Assembly: GCA_026986575.1 (NCBI GenBank)
Contig: JALSOH010000004.1
Coordinates: forward strand, 480,001-544,000
Reading direction: 5' to 3'
Source of the DNA: Thermoproteota archaeon
Lineage (GTDB): Archaea; Korarchaeota; Korarchaeia; Korarchaeales; Korarchaeaceae
Length of the DNA stretch: 64,000 bases
Below are positions 28,817-39,429 of this stretch, piece after piece. The first letter of the stretch is position 1; each line of letters opens with the position of its first letter. Under the pieces are notes generated by a model. The model was not told where the DNA came from, ran no database searches, and saw nothing but the letters and a program-made list of their open reading frames with translations. A program made the translations under genes and the position numbers.

Positions 28817-29659
28817 ATGCGAGCCAGGGGCAGCGCGGCCGGCACAATAGCTATACTCACCGTGGCGGCCCTGTGGGGAGGGACCTTCACTGCCATGAAG
28901 TCAGCATTCTACTCGGCGGACCCCCTGCCCTTCCTCCTCACTAGGTTCGCCTTGGCCCTCCTGATACTATCCCTACTCTACTTCATCAGAGGAATAAGGC
29001 CGAAGCTCTCTCAGATAGGCCTGCTAGCTGGTCTTATGGTGTTTCTAGGATTCGCCTTTCAAATGGAGGGCCTTACAGGGATCTCTGCCACTAAATCGGC
29101 TTTCATCACAGGATTGAACGCACCCCTCGTCCCTTTATTCGAGTTAATCCTTTTCCGGAGGAAACCTAAAGCTAGAGCTGTCCTTGCAATATTCTTGGGT
29201 GTCTTGGGACTGGCCCTCCTAACGGAGGTCGCTTACGGAATGCCGCTCGCTACGGGTGACCTACTAACACTCGGTTGCGCTGTGGCGTGGGCTCTCCAGA
29301 TAGTAGTAGTTGATAGAGCTTCAAAGGTACTCTCACCGGATGATGTAGCCTTCAACGAGTTCCTTGTTACTCTTACACTTGCCTTAGCATCCATTCCGGT
29401 GCTGGGAGAGTATAGCATGCCATTAGATCCTGTGGTAATCGCAGCAGTCCTATATTCTGGAATCTTGGCCACGGTGGTTGCGTTTTACCTCCAAGCATGG
29501 GCCCAAGAGAGGATCTCGCCCGAGTCAGCTGCCCTAGGCCTCATGGCGGAACCCGTATTCGCGTACGCATTTGCCTGGCTCCTGCTGGGTGAGTTTCTAT
29601 CTCCACTCCAGCTTATAGGAGCTTTGCTGATCCTCATGTCGATACCTCTAGCCAGTTAG
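28817..29659 (+). CDS. EamA/DMT family transporter
   Basis: LWGGTF, FQMEGL, SAFITG and EPVFA motifs; about 10 TM helices. Confidence 0.88.
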   Translation: MRARGSAAGTIAILTVAALWGGTFTAMKSAFYSADPLPFLLTRFALALLILSLLYFIRGIRPKLSQIGLLAGLMVFLGFAFQMEGLTGISATKSAFITGLNAPLVPLFELILFRRKPKARAVLAIFLGVLGLALLTEVAYGMPLATGDLLTLGCAVAWALQIVVVDRASKVLSPDDVAFNEFLVTLTLALASIPVLGEYSMPLDPVVIAAVLYSGILATVVAFYLQAWAQERISPESAALGLMAEPVFAYAFAWLLLGEFLSPLQLIGALLILMSIPLAS

Positions 29660-29708
29660 CTCCCAACAGCATTTATAACGATCCTCACCAACCTGACATG
29701 GTGCAGTC

Positions 29709-31589
29709 ATGGGTCAGGCCGCGGGGCTATCCAAACTGCTCAGGAAGATAAGATGGGAAATGGACGCCTTCTCTTGGTCACAGCTGATCATAGTGCTGGC
29801 CTCATTCACCGCGTTCCTCATAGTTCCCCTAGGACTGGTAGTCGTGAGGTCTTTCTACTCTTCATCCGGCGGTTTCTCCTTCTACTGGCTCCAGACGATA
29901 CTAACGGACCCCTTTTACTTCCCTCTGAGACTGAAGCTGCTGAATCGATTTCCGTTCATCTCCTTGGAGGGGATAAGGGGAAGCCTCTACGAGGTGGTGA
30001 AGTACCAAACTGCCGGAGGAGAGGAGACGATCGTCCTGCTTACTGGCTGGGACATGGGGGTCATACCGAACTCCCTAGTGGTAGCCACCTTCACAACGCT
30101 CTTCTCCACAGTTTTGGGCTTCACACTGGCCTTCATATTCGCCAAGTACAGGTTCCCCGGATCGGAGGTTCTCAGGATAGTATCCTTGATCCCGCTGCTC
30201 TCCACACCCTTCGTGGGAGCTATAGGCCTTAAGAAGATGATAGTGGCCGATGGGGTCCTCAACGTCCTCTTCTACGACATGTTACACCTGCTCCCCTTCA
30301 AGATAGAGATCACCGGACTCCCTGCGGTTATACTGGTTCAGACTCTCCTGTTCTACCCTATAGTAATGCTGAACTCCTACACCGCCCTGATAAGCGTCGA
30401 TCCGACGCTGGAAGAACAGGCTATCAACATGGGGGCAAGCGGCTTTAGGCTCTTCAGGACCGTGACTCTACCGCTCGCCACTCCAGGGGTGGAGGCCGGT
30501 GCTCTCCTCGTTTTCATCCTCTCTCTTGAGGATTTGGGCACGCCCATAGTGTTCAAAGGGACGACGGCCGAAAAGGTCCTGACCTTTCAGATATTCAACA
30601 GGATCTTCACTCCAGCTGGTCTCATCTCCCAAGAGGCCACCACCTTGGCGATGATTCTCCTCGTTATCTCTGGCTTGGTCTTCGTGGGCGTGAGGAGATA
30701 TGTCAGCCTAAAAAAGTACGCGATGCTGAGCAAGGGAGGCACCTGGAGGCCCAAGAGGAGGAAGCTGTCCCCAGTAGTTACTCTACTGGTGTATATCTTC
30801 ATATTGGGGGTCCTCTTCTTCGCTACACTCCCTCACATAGGCGTGACTCTCCTCGCCTTCGCCAAGCAGTGGGGACCGACCCTCTTACCGTCCAGCTTTA
30901 CCCTAGACAACTTCATAGCGGTGCTGAGCGATGAAGAGGCCAGTAGGTGCATAATGAACAGCTTGGTCTACTCCTCGATAGCGACTCTCTTCATGGTTGT
31001 GCTGGGAGTCAGTGCAGCATACCTAGTCTCTAGGAAGAAGTCCCTCCCGGGAATAGGGGCCCTAGACCTCCTTGTGACTATACCCATAGCTGTCCCCGGA
31101 ATAGCAGTGGCTACTGGACTCTTCCTGACCTACTTGGGTACTCCCCTTAGCCCCACCATAAGCGGAGCTCCCCTGCTGATTGCCTCCTACACGGTCAGGA
31201 AGATTCCGTTCACAGTGAGGGCAGTATTCTCTGGATTGGAACAAACTGATAAGACGCTGGATGAGGTGGCCTGGACCGTAGGGGCCAGTAGAACTAGAAC
31301 ATTCTTCTCCATAGTCATGCCCATGATCCTCCTGAACGTCTTGGCCGGAGGGATGCTCTCATTCATCTACTCTATGTCGGAGGTCAGCACGGGCATAGTC
31401 GTCGGGGATGCGAACCACAGGGACGCTCCAATGACCTGGAAGATGTACGACATGCTCTTCCATGGACTGGCGGGTGGCACATTCCAGCCCGCTGCTCTGG
31501 GCTTCCTGCTCATGACCCTTCAGTTCATCTTCATAGTGGGAGCGAATCTGCTCCTGAGGAAGAGGGCTACAGCCCTGATAGGTGTGTGA
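29709..31589 (+). CDS. ABC transporter permease (Fe3+/thiamine/polyamine type, two fused TM domains)
   Basis: Two EAA loops: DPTLEEQAINMGA and DKTLDEVAWTVGA. Confidence 0.9.
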   Translation: MGQAAGLSKLLRKIRWEMDAFSWSQLIIVLASFTAFLIVPLGLVVVRSFYSSSGGFSFYWLQTILTDPFYFPLRLKLLNRFPFISLEGIRGSLYEVVKYQTAGGEETIVLLTGWDMGVIPNSLVVATFTTLFSTVLGFTLAFIFAKYRFPGSEVLRIVSLIPLLSTPFVGAIGLKKMIVADGVLNVLFYDMLHLLPFKIEITGLPAVILVQTLLFYPIVMLNSYTALISVDPTLEEQAINMGASGFRLFRTVTLPLATPGVEAGALLVFILSLEDLGTPIVFKGTTAEKVLTFQIFNRIFTPAGLISQEATTLAMILLVISGLVFVGVRRYVSLKKYAMLSKGGTWRPKRRKLSPVVTLLVYIFILGVLFFATLPHIGVTLLAFAKQWGPTLLPSSFTLDNFIAVLSDEEASRCIMNSLVYSSIATLFMVVLGVSAAYLVSRKKSLPGIGALDLLVTIPIAVPGIAVATGLFLTYLGTPLSPTISGAPLLIASYTVRKIPFTVRAVFSGLEQTDKTLDEVAWTVGASRTRTFFSIVMPMILLNVLAGGMLSFIYSMSEVSTGIVVGDANHRDAPMTWKMYDMLFHGLAGGTFQPAALGFLLMTLQFIFIVGANLLLRKRATALIGV

Positions 31590-31598
31590 GGTGGTCTT

Positions 31599-32660
31599 AT
31601 GGTATCGATAAGGACCGTGAACCTGACGAAGGTCTTCGGAGATGTTGTGGCCGTCGATCATGTCAGCTTGGAGATAAGGCACGGGGAGTTCTTCACCCTG
31701 CTCGGACCATCGGGCTGCGGCAAGACTACGTTCCTCAGAACTATAGCCGGGCTCGAAATGGCCGACGAGGGCAGGATCTACTTCGACGACCAGGACATAA
31801 CGGACATGCCCGCCCACCTGAGGGGGACGGGGATGGTGTTCCAGAATTACGCCCTGTGGCCCCACATGAACGTCTTCGACAACATCGCTTACGGACTGAA
31901 GATAAGGAAGGTCCCCAAGGAGGAGATCAGGAGGAGGGTCAAGGAAGTCCTCAAGCTGGTCAAGCTGGAGGGCATGGAGAACAGGACGCCGCATCAACTC
32001 TCCGGAGGCCAGCAGCAGAGGGTAGCCCTAGCTAGGGCGCTGGTGATAAATCCGAGGGTCCTCCTCTTTGACGAGCCGCTCAGCAACCTAGATGCTAAGC
32101 TGAGGGTAGAGATGAGGGCCGAACTCAGAAGATTGCAGAGGGAACTCGGGATCACGGCCATCTACGTCACCCACGACCAAGAGGAGGCAATGAGCATATC
32201 CGATCGAATAGCCGTGATGAATAGAGGCAGGATAATGCAGGTCGGCACGCCCAAGGAGATATACAAGAACCCGAAGAACGAGTTCGTCGCCAAGTTCATA
32301 GGTCAGGGGACCTTCATCCTAGGGGAGGTCGTCACATATGGTGAGGAGCTGGAGGTAAGACTAGAGAGCGGTAAGGTGGTTAAAGCAGTTCCTTCCCACC
32401 CTGACGTGAGATTGGAGGTTGGAGATAAGGCCCTAATCATGATAAGACCAGAGTCCTTCACTCTGGAGCCGGGTAAGGGGTATAACGAGTTCGAGGTGGA
32501 GGTCTACCACATATCCTTCTTGGGCGACTCTCAGATGCTTCAGGCCAGCAATGAGGTTGAGAACTTCATAATAGAGGTAGATCCCGATCTGGAGATAAAT
32601 GTGGGACAGAAGCTGAAGGTCTATGCCCCGCCGAAGCACACTCTCGCCGTCAAGCTTTGA
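31599..32660 (+). CDS. ABC transporter ATP-binding protein (FbpC/PotA-like) with TOBE domain
   Basis: GPSGCGKT, LSGGQQQRV, DEPLSNLD and YVTHDQEEA motifs. Confidence 0.95.
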   Translation: MVSIRTVNLTKVFGDVVAVDHVSLEIRHGEFFTLLGPSGCGKTTFLRTIAGLEMADEGRIYFDDQDITDMPAHLRGTGMVFQNYALWPHMNVFDNIAYGLKIRKVPKEEIRRRVKEVLKLVKLEGMENRTPHQLSGGQQQRVALARALVINPRVLLFDEPLSNLDAKLRVEMRAELRRLQRELGITAIYVTHDQEEAMSISDRIAVMNRGRIMQVGTPKEIYKNPKNEFVAKFIGQGTFILGEVVTYGEELEVRLESGKVVKAVPSHPDVRLEVGDKALIMIRPESFTLEPGKGYNEFEVEVYHISFLGDSQMLQASNEVENFIIEVDPDLEINVGQKLKVYAPPKHTLAVKL

Positions 32661-33798
32661 CCTTGAGGTCACTACCCTCCCCTTTTCTACCGTGCAGTCG
32701 TATCATCACCCCTGCAGCTAGGCTGAGGATCGAGCCAGCTATCATGGTCTCCGTCAATCCGAGGAGACCCATGAGGGTGCCCCCCATGTAGTTCCCTACC
32801 GCCTCCGATATGGAGCCAAGGGACGAGGGGACTGACACGGCCGAAGCCTTCTCTTCTGGGGCTAGCTCCATTGCCAACGCGTTTCTAGAGGAGTAGTGGA
32901 AGGGAAATATGAGGATCACCATGAGCAGGGCAAGTAGCGTGAGATCCTCAATAAAAGAGGCGATCGAGAAGTAGGCGGAGTATACGAGACATGAGATGAG
33001 GAAACTCCGCATTCCCCCGAGCCTGTCCGTTAACTTGCCGTAAACCGGTCCGGTCAACGTGCCGAAGAGACCGGCTGCTGCTATCAAGAGGCCCATGAGC
33101 GAGTTAGATCTTCCCGAGGCTTCAAAGACCTTTATCGAGAAGGCCATGTAGAATACTGATATGGAGAGGCTCGCGGTGAGGAATATGGGAACGTATTTCT
33201 TGGTCCCGCCGGGGAATTTCAATTGGATGGTCCTCTTCAGGGCATTCTTGATGTCCAGAGGCCTGTAAGGTCCATCCTCAGCCAGCATGAAGAGGGGCAA
33301 GGACGGTAAAGCTACGAGCGCGGCGATGATAAGGACATTCCTTATCCCCAAAGCGTCGGCGAGCATGCCGCCTCTAGCCGTCCCTAGGGTAAATCCAAGC
33401 TCCGAGGCGGCGTAATACTCCCCAGAGGCAGTCCCAGCTTCCATCTCCGCGCTGAGGTATGCTATCATCACTGGTTCGTAGGCAGAGAGGAAGTACCACA
33501 GGGATATCACGGGGATCCAGAGGTCTATGGGAAGAAAGGCCATCGCCAAGAGCGACGTAACGGTGGAAATACCGCCCAGAAGGAAGAAGGGCCTCCTCAT
33601 TCCGGAGGAATCACTGAGAAATCCCAGAAATCTACTCCCCAAGAAGTAGGCTAGGGAGGGCAGGCTCCTAATGAGGGCATACGCGTAGAATCCTGCTTGA
33701 GCATAGGTTTCGAATGCCATGAACATGTAGCTCATGCTCCAAGCCAGCTCCAAGAGCAGTGTTCCCGCTAAGACGGGCAGTTCTCTCTTGTTGGACAT
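32650..33798 (-). CDS. MFS transporter
   Basis: About 12 TM helices; GFLSDSSGMRR and GKLTDRLGG motif-A variants. Confidence 0.85.
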   Translation of the reverse strand: MSNKRELPVLAGTLLLELAWSMSYMFMAFETYAQAGFYAYALIRSLPSLAYFLGSRFLGFLSDSSGMRRPFFLLGGISTVTSLLAMAFLPIDLWIPVISLWYFLSAYEPVMIAYLSAEMEAGTASGEYYAASELGFTLGTARGGMLADALGIRNVLIIAALVALPSLPLFMLAEDGPYRPLDIKNALKRTIQLKFPGGTKKYVPIFLTASLSISVFYMAFSIKVFEASGRSNSLMGLLIAAAGLFGTLTGPVYGKLTDRLGGMRSFLISCLVYSAYFSIASFIEDLTLLALLMVILIFPFHYSSRNALAMELAPEEKASAVSVPSSLGSISEAVGNYMGGTLMGLLGLTETMIAGSILSLAAGVMIRLHGRKGEGSDLKVKA

Positions 33799-34039
33799 TC
33801 CCCTCTCCTCCCAGAGCTGAAGCCCTAAGCTGGTTACGGCCTTGGGAGGTTAATGCTTCCCCAATTTAACGCCATCGCCTAGAGAGGTGTTCGAGCGATC
33901 TCATAGGGTAATGCGCTCATCCTAAAACCCGGGCGTCACTTAATTAATCGAGGTAGCCTGCCCCAAGCCTTCAATATTGAATGTAAAATCTTCAACAAGA
34001 TATTCTCTAAGAAGGGAACCAAGTATCGGAGCGTGATTG

Positions 34040-34063
34040 GGAATAAAAGAAAAGAAGGGAAGT
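34040..34063 (-). terminator. Oligo-pyrimidine terminator after peroxiredoxin
   Basis: Minus-strand CTTCCCCTTCTTTTCTTTTATTCC immediately after the stop codon. Confidence 0.45.
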
Positions 34064-34726
34064 TTAGAGCTTCTTGTAGCAGAACCACCAGTCGTAGCAC
34101 TCGAACTCTCCGGCCTTGGCCTTCTCGAGCCTCTCCTTGGCGGTCTTCTCATCGCTGGCGGGGGGTATGATCACCTTGTCTCCTATGAGCTCGTTCTCGG
34201 GCCAGTTGGCCGGAGTGGCCACGCCGTTCTTGTCAGATGTCTGCAGAGCCTTCACGGCCCTGAGGATCTCGTCCATGTTCCTGCCTATCTCCTGCGGGTA
34301 GTAGAGTATCAGCCTGATCACGCCATTCGGGTCCACGACGAACACGGCCCTGACAGTGTTAGTGCCCTTACCCGGGTGTATGAGCCCGAGCTTGGCGGCG
34401 ACCTTCCCGAGATCGTCAGCTATTATCGGGAACTCTATCTTCACGCCCAGCTTCTCATCTATCCACTCGACCCACTTTATGTGGCTGAAGGTCTGGTCTA
34501 TGCTGAGGCCTATGAGTTCGACTCCGAGCTCCCTGAACTGATCGTACCTCTTCTGGAAGGCCACGAACTCGGTGGTGCAGACCGGGGTGAAGTCAGCAGG
34601 GTGGCTGAACAGGATGAACCACTTGCCCTTGTAGTGATCGGGGAGCTTTATCACGCCGTGAGTGGTCTTGACCTCCATCTCGGGGAACTTGTCGCCAAGC
34701 AGGGGCATCTTCGTTACCTCATCCAT
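34064..34726 (-). CDS. Peroxiredoxin (archaeal Prx6-type)
   Basis: [13 protein letters not shown] active site, GRNMDEILR and C-terminal CYDWWFC; ATG 34726 follows GAGGTGAT. Confidence 0.95.
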   Translation of the reverse strand: MDEVTKMPLLGDKFPEMEVKTTHGVIKLPDHYKGKWFILFSHPADFTPVCTTEFVAFQKRYDQFRELGVELIGLSIDQTFSHIKWVEWIDEKLGVKIEFPIIADDLGKVAAKLGLIHPGKGTNTVRAVFVVDPNGVIRLILYYPQEIGRNMDEILRAVKALQTSDKNGVATPANWPENELIGDKVIIPPASDEKTAKERLEKAKAGEFECYDWWFCYKKL

Positions 34727-34984
34727 ATATATCACCTCATCGACCTAACTTAGGCCAGTCTAACATTCTATTAGATATTTAAAAGTTTTCTGTTCGTAGT
34801 TCTAACTCTAAATCTAGCGTTACTAAATCTTTAGTCTGCCTCCTATTGATACTTCCTTATCAGCACATACAAAGGAGGGAAAGCGGGGCATCAAGAGAGA
34901 CGAGATGAGGTTGAAGCGCTTAAACCATGGTGGTCCAATGCTTATAGTGAGGGACTTAACGATCTTCCACAACTTAATCCTCCT

Positions 34985-35221
34985 GATCCCAACAGGGCGA
35001 AGTTTCTCGTGGAGGAAATCGTTGTCCAAGGGTATTACAACGCTAAGGTGATCTCGAAGGCTGTTGAGATATGGAGGGACCTCAGGAAGGGTGGGGCTCC
35101 CATAGACGGCAAGGATCTGCTAATCGGGGCCACGGCGATAGCCAAGGAACTACCCTTGTGGACGTGTAATATCTGATATTTCGAGAGATTGGTCAAGTAT
35201 GAGTTAAGGTTGTGGAGATAG
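34985..35221 (+). pseudogene. Truncated vapC (PIN toxin) remnant
   Basis: Translates DPNRAKFLVEEI...VISKAVEIWRDL...DLLIGATAIAKELPLWTCNI*YFERLVKYELRLWR*, matching the intact gene at 39744-39980; premature TGA at 35174 and no N-terminal half. Confidence 0.85.
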
Positions 35222-35304
35222 TACCCCGTTCAATACGGAGCCTCCCAAGTGGAGGACTGACCTCCTAATGAGTACCTCCAACTCAAGACTAGTTCCCTGC
35301 AATA
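34985..35304 (+). repeat. Diverged direct repeat, copy 1 (copy 2 at 39744-40059)
   Basis: Shared blocks AAGTTTCTCGTGGAGGAAAT, GGATCTGCTAATCGGGGCCACGGC and CCTCCCAAGTG; similarity extends about 80 nt beyond the vapC stop. Confidence 0.85.
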
Positions 35305-35383
35305 ACCGGCATTAACACACGCTAGTCCATCGTTGACATTTAATTATCAAAAAGTATATAAATACTCGATATTAGAATATCAA

Positions 35384-36526
35384 GTGAAGCTCGAACCCTT
35401 CAATCCATGGTGGTACGACGACTCATGGGCTAGGCACGATCCTCATCTAGCTAAACTTTCCAGATCCAAATACAAGTGGAGACCCGATTGGTTAGACGGC
35501 ATCTCCTTGGAGCCCTTCTCCCTTAACTTCGTGCTGGGCCCGAGGCAGGTGGGGAAGACCACCGGACTGAAACTGCTAATAAAGGAGCTCATAGAACTAG
35601 GTAGGGAGCCGACCAAACTTGTCTACGTGAACTGCGATCTGATCGTTGATCTTAAGGAGTTGAGATCTGTCCTCTCCATCCTTCCGTCTAGGGAGAGTCT
35701 GGTAATACTAGATGAGGTCACGGGATTGGAGTACTGGTGGCGTGTGGTAAAGGGGCTCATTGATCAAGGCCTCTTCTCCAAGGGTGTCCTGATAGTGAGC
35801 GGATCCTCCTCCGTCAGGGTTCGTAGATACGCGGAGTCCTTCACGGGCAGGAGGGGGAAGGGCAGGAATGTCCAAGTCCTACCATTAAGCTTCAGGGAGT
35901 TCGTTGGCGTCAGGGGATACGGACTGAAGGAGTTAGAGAGGGCATTTGAAGACTACATCAGGCTGGGAGGTTTCCCCAGGTCCATAAATGAGGACTCAAC
36001 TTTCCTGCTGGAGCTCCCAGAGCAAGTAGATAAGGAATTGGCTAAGGTAGGGAGGAGCGCGAGGATAGCAGGGCAAATTATCCATCAGGTAATAGAGAAA
36101 GGACCCTCGGCCATGAGCTATAATTCGATAGCCAAGGAGATAGGTGTGTCCCATGTAACAGTAAGGGAGTACCTAGAGCTCCTCGAGGACCTCTTTATGG
36201 TGGGTGTGGCCTACTGGAGGCGGGGGAACAGGGTAGATTTCAAGAAAGAGAAGAAAATCTTCTTCAGAGATCCATCCATACCCAGAGCCTTCTATCAGAT
36301 CAGGGGTGAGGTGAAGAGAGAAGCTCTCTACGAGTGGGTGGTTCAGGAACACCTTTACAGGAAGTACGGAGAGATCTGCTACTACAGAGATGGTTATGAG
36401 ATAGATGCAATCTCAGGAGGGTTGAAGGTGGAAGTGAAAGCTGGGAAGAGCCATAGGAGGTATCCTAGGGGAATAATCGTGTTGGAGGCCGAGGACATAC
36501 CCTATTTCCTCTTCAAGATGGCATGA
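35384..36526 (+). CDS. AAA+ ATPase, COG1373/DUF4143-type
   Basis: FNPWW, GPRQVGKTT, ILDEV, SGSSS, PLSFREF, GGFP, FRDP and EIDA..EVK motifs; likely start GTG 35384. Confidence 0.88.
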   Translation: MKLEPFNPWWYDDSWARHDPHLAKLSRSKYKWRPDWLDGISLEPFSLNFVLGPRQVGKTTGLKLLIKELIELGREPTKLVYVNCDLIVDLKELRSVLSILPSRESLVILDEVTGLEYWWRVVKGLIDQGLFSKGVLIVSGSSSVRVRRYAESFTGRRGKGRNVQVLPLSFREFVGVRGYGLKELERAFEDYIRLGGFPRSINEDSTFLLELPEQVDKELAKVGRSARIAGQIIHQVIEKGPSAMSYNSIAKEIGVSHVTVREYLELLEDLFMVGVAYWRRGNRVDFKKEKKIFFRDPSIPRAFYQIRGEVKREALYEWVVQEHLYRKYGEICYYRDGYEIDAISGGLKVEVKAGKSHRRYPRGIIVLEAEDIPYFLFKMA

Positions 36527-36708
36527 GCGAATGTCAGTCCTAAGAACAAGCGATCTCCCCCCCGTCCCCCCGAGGCCTAATTAAATTGAAAACTAGCGAG
36601 TCAGATACGCTTCAAACGCAAATACTCCTATCATTTTCGCGTGATCAATGAAATGGAGCAGTACTGGGATCCATATAATATCATGTAATATAGCAAACTT
36701 TGGAGGGG

Positions 36709-38010
36709 TCATCCTCTCCCTAACACTTTATCCACTTTTATGACGGATCCCTGCTTCAATGCCTCACTAAGTATGCTGTTAAGGTCCTCCCTTAAATCAG
36801 GATCTATCTTGGCGACAAAGGCCCCATTTACCTGAGGTCCCTGCACGAGACCGCAAACATACAGAGTTTCATTCCACATATAGATATCTCCAACAGCATT
36901 GTTCTCTTGCATATTCAAGAAAGTCTCCTCAACTAGCGAGTCCTCTCTTAGCAAATCTAGGAAACCAACCATAGAGTACCAACCAAAGTGATATAATCTA
37001 CCACTAAAGCTCCTCAGCCCACCCAGACATCCAAAACTGGTGGGTAACCCCGCGTATACTGGATTCTTGATTCTAGCGATGACCTTACCGTCCTTATCCG
37101 CGAATACGAGGGAACAATTGAAACTCCACACAGATAACACAATTTTGTCGTCCAGCGTAATAGCGCTAATTCCCCTTCCAACACTTCGGTTGATCAACCC
37201 CTTAGTATACTCTAAGCTACCATTGGAGTAGAACTTGGCCATTTCGATGACTCCGCTCTCGTTGGCGTTTCTTGATGCATCTACATTCCCTAGAGCCCCT
37301 CCTTTCCTTAGATCATACCAAAAGGCGTAAAGGTAATGTCCATCAGTCAATAGAATAGGAGGGCTTCCTTTATACAGATACTTCAGTTTTTCCATGGCAT
37401 CTCGACTCATTTCCGCTACAAAGTTCCTCTCATGGATCTTCCCCTTAATATCTACTCTGGCTAAATAGAGTCTGCTATCAACGAATTCAAGGGCATATAT
37501 CCACCCATCTATCTCAACAGCATCAGTAAAATTACCCGCTAGATTCCATACAGAATTTCCATTCCTATCAATTAGAACTAATTGGCTCGGACCAACCAGA
37601 AGGAACCCTCTATGGACAGGCTTGATACGCTTAGGCGATTCCCAGGGGACTAGCGTTAAATTCTCTACATGCAAGGAGTGATCCAGCGTAGATAAAATTA
37701 GGGTCTTGTTCACTTTGGTAGGGGTCACTAACTCTAAGAAGATTATAAACTTACCATCGCTGACTAAAAGAGTTTTACAATCCAATATCTTCTTTTTCCA
37801 TGTAAAAAAAGTAGCATTAATCTCCTTTCTAGACATATTTTGCATGCTTCGGGTGGTTGAGCCAGTCTGAGCAGAATTAGTCCGAGTTAGAGGTATACTG
37901 CTTGATGTTATTACCCTCTCACCCGGAAACTGAGATAGGAGAACTATGAGTATCAGAAACAATGCCAATGCCATTAGACCCAACGAAAGAGCTAACGGCT
38001 TAACTCTCAT
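36709..38010 (-). CDS. Membrane-anchored extracellular protein, beta-propeller-like
   Basis: N-terminal TM, S/T-rich linker, repeated beta-blade-like units (LIDRNGNSVW, FYSNGSLEY, DKDGKVI), multiple N-x-S/T sequons; AT-rich DNA. Confidence 0.6.
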   Translation of the reverse strand: MRVKPLALSLGLMALALFLILIVLLSQFPGERVITSSSIPLTRTNSAQTGSTTRSMQNMSRKEINATFFTWKKKILDCKTLLVSDGKFIIFLELVTPTKVNKTLILSTLDHSLHVENLTLVPWESPKRIKPVHRGFLLVGPSQLVLIDRNGNSVWNLAGNFTDAVEIDGWIYALEFVDSRLYLARVDIKGKIHERNFVAEMSRDAMEKLKYLYKGSPPILLTDGHYLYAFWYDLRKGGALGNVDASRNANESGVIEMAKFYSNGSLEYTKGLINRSVGRGISAITLDDKIVLSVWSFNCSLVFADKDGKVIARIKNPVYAGLPTSFGCLGGLRSFSGRLYHFGWYSMVGFLDLLREDSLVEETFLNMQENNAVGDIYMWNETLYVCGLVQGPQVNGAFVAKIDPDLREDLNSILSEALKQGSVIKVDKVLGRG

Positions 38011-38145
38011 ATCTATAACCCCATAACTCTCTGAACTTCCCAGAAATGTTATTGAAATACATAATTAATAAATGCAATTTACGCTAATCCTAAAAAAAAG
38101 GACGACTTATATCGTAAAATCTTTATAACAAGCATTCCAGCAAGT

Positions 38146-39105
38146 ATGAATCAAATATTCAACTATAGAGGCGATAATATGATCCATATGAGGCGAGTAA
38201 GTGGAATCTATAAGTACATTGTCGCCACAATCTTGGTTCTCCTAGTGCTCCCTCCAATACTTAGCATAACTGCGCAACCCAGTAACAAAGCTGATCAGGC
38301 GAGCAAGGGTCCTACACCAGAGGAAATGAAGAAAATGGACGAAATACTGAAGAAATTAGAGGAGGAAGACAGGGAGCGACCTCCGATATTCATCCCAGAG
38401 CCCAACGTATATGTGGGTACAGTTCATGAGGATCCTGAAGGGAATATACACTTAGGAAAAGGGAGGAAAATTACCGATGAAAATGGTAACTTCTTAACCT
38501 TGAGTAGCCATTCCACAGGCAAGGAATGTAATGTAGAATCCGATCATTATTGGGACTTTGACGGTAACGATATGTATGTGATAAATGGAAACCATATAGT
38601 ATTCAGAAAGGTAATGTCTGCTAACTTTGCCGGGACGTACTTTTCAGTCTTCGATGGGAAACGCTGCCTCAACTGCGACTCGGGGATACAAACCGTAAGT
38701 GATTACTGGTCCCCTGATACAGTTAAAGAATATGTTGAATCTCACTATCCAGAATATACTTGATTTCATATAAAGTACTTCATAAACTCTAGACTTGATG
38801 ACTACGTGTATAAGAACATAAAATATGTAAATATATACAAGCTCCATGGAGAGCTGTGGAGTGAGGCGAATTACTACAGAAGTGACAACAGATGGTACAA
38901 ATACGGTTATCCAGATATGTGGGGTGGAGGGGCATCGTACATTGTCGGCAAAAGGTTATTCGTCTCTGTAGGTTGCTACTACTACAACGACTTCTGGCCC
39001 TACTACTGGGACTACTATTACAGGAAATTTGGCCACCCATACATAATATATCTCTTCTCAAATTTTGGACACCAGTTCCTTATAAGGTACGTCACTAGAT
39101 GGTAA
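38146..39105 (+). pseudogene. Secreted Tyr/Trp-rich protein interrupted by one in-frame TGA
   Basis: ORFs 38146-38763 and 38806-39105 share a frame and are joined by open sequence (YPEYT*FHIKYFINSRLDDYVYK); signal-peptide-like N-terminus. Confidence 0.6.
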
Positions 39106-39206
39106 TTTTATGAAAGATATCTCTGCCTATCTCTCTTATTTTTTCTGAATATCTCCGGCTCTACTATCATTTAATCTCTCTTAACTCACTAATTGAAGGG
39201 GCGAAG

Positions 39207-39380
39207 ATGGGCTTAGATTCAATCAGGGTAATGGCCCTAATTGATAACACCACGCACTATGAGGTACCTATATTGGCGGAGAATGGAATCTCCCTCCTGC
39301 TGTAGATCCCGGAGTTGGATGTTACCGTGCTCGTTGATACCGATATCACAGGAGAAGCCTTGTTGAACAATGCTGCGCGC
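39207..39380 (+). pseudogene. N-terminal fragment of an MBL-fold hydrolase (COG1237-like)
   Basis: Hand translation MGLDSIRVMALIDN...LAENGISLLL*IPELDVTVLVDTDITGEALLNNA matches the ITVLVDN / AEHGLS / DTG..LL.NA pattern; internal TAG at 39303. Confidence 0.75.
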
Positions 39381-39429
39381 GAATGCAATTCCTCCCAAGA
39401 ATTATAAATTAGTAATTGGTAATTGTACC

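Noticed and set aside
34037-34753. 238-aa plus-strand ORF
   Set aside because: Antisense shadow of the peroxiredoxin gene, with no recognisable motifs
39303-39305. In-frame TAG as pyrrolysine
   Set aside because: The position corresponds to an ordinary Glu (GAG to TAG) in a gene that is also split and frameshifted, so it is pseudogene decay
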